From contig CAWDKY010000053.1 in assembly GCA_963802945.1 (NCBI GenBank), positions 160,001 to 224,000 of the forward strand: a stretch of DNA of 64,000 nt. Direction: 5' to 3'. Positions within the stretch are counted from its first letter, which is position 1. Each line of letters opens with the position of its first letter. Source of the stretch: an uncultured delta proteobacterium. GTDB taxonomy: Bacteria; Desulfobacterota; RBG-13-43-22. The translations under genes and the position numbers were made by a program. Positions 62,634 to 64,000 of the stretch are shown in pieces. Under the pieces are notes generated by a model. The model made no database searches. It was not told the origin of the DNA and was given only the letters and a program-made list of their open reading frames with translations.

Positions 62634-63680
62634 ATGGCCATGAGCAGCGGGAAAAAAATATCGATAGCCCTGGCAACCTATAACGGCGAGCAATATCTTC
62701 GGGAGCTTCTCGAATCCCTATACCGGCAAACCTGTCGCCCCTATGAAGTGATGGTCTGTGATGACGGATCGACCGACAGCACTGTCGGCATTTTGGAAGA
62801 ATATGCCCGCACCCATGGATTGCACTATCAGGTTAATCCCCGGATCCTTGGCTACATTAAAAATTTCGAGAAAACCATTTCACTCTGCAGTGGTGATTAT
62901 ATCGCCCTCTGCGACCAGGATGACCGCTGGCGACCTGATAAGCTTCGGATTCTCGCTGATGGTATCGGCAGTTATTCATTGATCTGCTCAAATGCCGCTG
63001 TTATTGACGATTTCGGCAATAAAATTGCACGTTCATACTTCAAATATTCACGCATACATGTCCCGAGCCGGAGAAAGCAAACCCATTCACTAACATTCCA
63101 CAATTATGTTATGGGATGCACGTCTCTATTTCACAAAAGTATTTTATCTTCGGCAACGTATCCTTTTCCGGATGGCGTTCCCCATGACTGGTGGATCGCA
63201 ATCATAGCGTCTATGAAAAACGGTATTCGATACATCAATAAACCGCTAATCGAATATCGTCTGCATGGGGAAAATGCCAGCAGCATTGTAAGAAAAAGGC
63301 TATTTGATGACATACGCAACTATTGGAAGAAATTTAATGCTAAACAAAATCATTTAGATACTGTAATGACAATAAATTTTACACTTCTTTTGCTAAATGA
63401 ACTTGAAGGGCGCGGTTTAATTGATGCCTGGATGATCTCATTAAAGCATGATTTGAAAGCATTGCTTGACGATTTCAATATCTCTCCATTTGAACACCCG
63501 AAAGCCAATTTGCTCATCTGGAAGTATCTGAATTATTTTTGCCCCTCGCCCAATCCCCTTGTGAAAATCATGTTTATGATCGAAAATATTTATGACAAAA
63601 TCAGATCTTATGAAAGAGAGGAATTTTTTAATTCAATAAAGCGGAGGGAAAATGAAAATAATATCAATAAAAAACCTTAA
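62634..63680 (+). CDS. GT2 glycosyltransferase
   Basis: ALATYNGEQYL, DDGSTD, LCDQDD.W, GCT, HDWW, YRLHGEN. Confidence 0.9.
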   Translation: MAMSSGKKISIALATYNGEQYLRELLESLYRQTCRPYEVMVCDDGSTDSTVGILEEYARTHGLHYQVNPRILGYIKNFEKTISLCSGDYIALCDQDDRWRPDKLRILADGIGSYSLICSNAAVIDDFGNKIARSYFKYSRIHVPSRRKQTHSLTFHNYVMGCTSLFHKSILSSATYPFPDGVPHDWWIAIIASMKNGIRYINKPLIEYRLHGENASSIVRKRLFDDIRNYWKKFNAKQNHLDTVMTINFTLLLLNELEGRGLIDAWMISLKHDLKALLDDFNISPFEHPKANLLIWKYLNYFCPSPNPLVKIMFMIENIYDKIRSYEREEFFNSIKRRENENNINKKP

Positions 63681-64000
63681 TATCCCTAACGTCAAGATTA
63701 TCCGCTTCGCCCGTTTCTGCGACCAGCGCGGCTATTTTACCGAATTGTTCCGTAAAAGCGATTTTTTCAATAACCCGGAAATGGAATTTATAAAGGGCCT
63801 TGAGTTCGTCCAGGTGAATGAAAGTTTTTCCCGGCCGCTGACTATACGGGGGCTCCATTATCAGTGGAATCCCTTGATGGGCAAACTGGTCCGCACCGTA
63901 CGCGGCCGCATGGTTGACCTGATGCTCGACATCCGCAAAGGCTCACCCACGTTTGGAATGGCCTCCATGTACGACATGCCGGCCACCCCGGACAGGGATT
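63652..64000 (+). CDS. rfbC: dTDP-4-dehydrorhamnose 3,5-epimerase family, truncated by window end
   Basis: SD GGAGG; MKII...FCDQRGYFTE...QVNESFS..TIRGLHYQ...GKLVR..RG...D...DIRKGSPTFG. Confidence 0.85.
   Translation, partial: MKIISIKNLNIPNVKIIRFARFCDQRGYFTELFRKSDFFNNPEMEFIKGLEFVQVNESFSRPLTIRGLHYQWNPLMGKLVRTVRGRMVDLMLDIRKGSPTFGMASMYDMPATPDRD

Overview
64-kb bacterial chromosomal window, most likely Desulfobacterota/deltaproteobacterial (hisS-aspS, pgpA-cinA-thpR-recA-alaS, argS-SPOR-argA-secA-argJ gene orders, Re-citrate synthase). Layout: sirtuin and a decayed CMD/AhpD gene; hisS-aspS; Re-citrate synthase with a C-terminal Cache domain; biotin carrier, acyl-CoA carboxyltransferase and split methylmalonyl-CoA mutase; an internally deleted ettA; an accessory acyl-CoA catabolic block (SnoaL, DJ-1, cyclase, acyl-CoA ligase, MaoC, two class III CoA-transferase subunits); malQ/capA; housekeeping genes; and from about 43 kb a surface-glycan locus (ligase, wecA, RfaH-like antiterminator, ops site, MarR, wzm/wzt, sulfotransferase, three methyltransferase modules, a 1754-aa multidomain glycosyltransferase, rmlC). 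Several essential genes carry single-base indels that look like long-read errors. No tRNA, rRNA, CRISPR array or transposase was seen. The most unusual signal is non-coding: many intergenic spacers from 2.9 to 50.5 kb hold hairpin elements whose arms are imperfect 7-, 8- or 9-nt periodic repeats (about eight sequence families), often nested inside one another and around REP-like MITEs. The second is an apparently complete cis-encoded RfaH/ops plus MarR-operator circuit. All calls come from reading motifs by eye; no database searches were run.
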